The notes beneath the pieces are model-generated. The model worked only from the letters and a program-made list of their open reading frames with translations, was not told where the DNA came from and made no database searches. Positions 63,713 to 64,000 of a stretch of 64,000 nucleotides of DNA are shown one piece after another. Position 1 is the first letter of the stretch, and the number at the start of each line of letters is the position of its first letter. Position numbers and translations under genes: made by a program. The stretch comes from a virus, in IMG/VR virus record IMGVR_UViG_3300017774_006254, positions 64,001-128,000 of that record; one strand, 5' to 3'.

Positions 63713-64000
63713 ATTTTTCTCCCAGTAGCTGAGGATTCAGCGAGCGCCACGACGCTGTTCGCGCTTCGTGGGCGCGGTGATTGCGCCTTGTCAGGACGAA
63801 TCTGTGAAACGCGAAGGGCGAGGCACCACCTCTGTTCTCGTGACTTGTACATGCTTTGCACATGTACAAGTCGGTCTCTTGCGCACCTCTCTCGTGCAGC
63901 CTTGCGATTCGAGATCCGCTGCGCCAGTGCACGGGGCGCTGGCACAGGATGCACGTATAGGTCTCCGCTCTTGAGACGAGCCACTTGCGCCACATCGTGA

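Overview
GC-rich (roughly 60% by eye) segment of a large, probably temperate bacteriophage or phage-like element. No host housekeeping operons are present, and I recognise no terminase, portal or HK97 capsid gene in this window. The LexA-type DNA-binding domain looks myxobacterial, which is only a weak host hint. Layout: (i) 0.2-10.7 kb, early/accessory genes (ParB-like, DUF932, MoxR AAA+ with VWA-metallopeptidase, ThyX, HD hydrolase); (ii) 10.7-13.3 kb, a Cas12m-like (type V-M/V-U1) effector with an apparently intact RuvC D-E-D triad, no cas1/2/4, and a degenerate mini-array whose repeats conserve a hairpin+AC structure rather than sequence; (iii) 14-27 kb, replication module (SSAP/SSB-like, 5'-3' exonuclease, intein-containing SF2 helicase, DnaQ exonuclease, AEP primase, and a large helicase-like gene with an internal 35-bp-arm palindrome, a candidate origin); (iv) 27-33 kb, beta-rich virion/receptor-binding proteins and cell-wall enzymes; (v) 33-64 kb, mixed genes: kinases, phosphatase, DNA methyltransferase, tyrosine recombinase, tRNA-Arg(CCT), tmRNA, LexA-like repressor, four glycosyltransferase domains and an Acb2/Tad1-like hairpin protein. 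Cross-window patterns: a palindromic TGTCNGACA box at 12 promoter-proximal positions, many apparently leaderless genes, and a dispersed protein set sharing MSY N-termini, [LM]GQ motifs, a C-terminal TM helix and a [LMV]x[PKA]N-basic tail, suggestive of a membrane-associated virion sorting/processing system. All family assignments come from motif recognition by eye; no searches were run.
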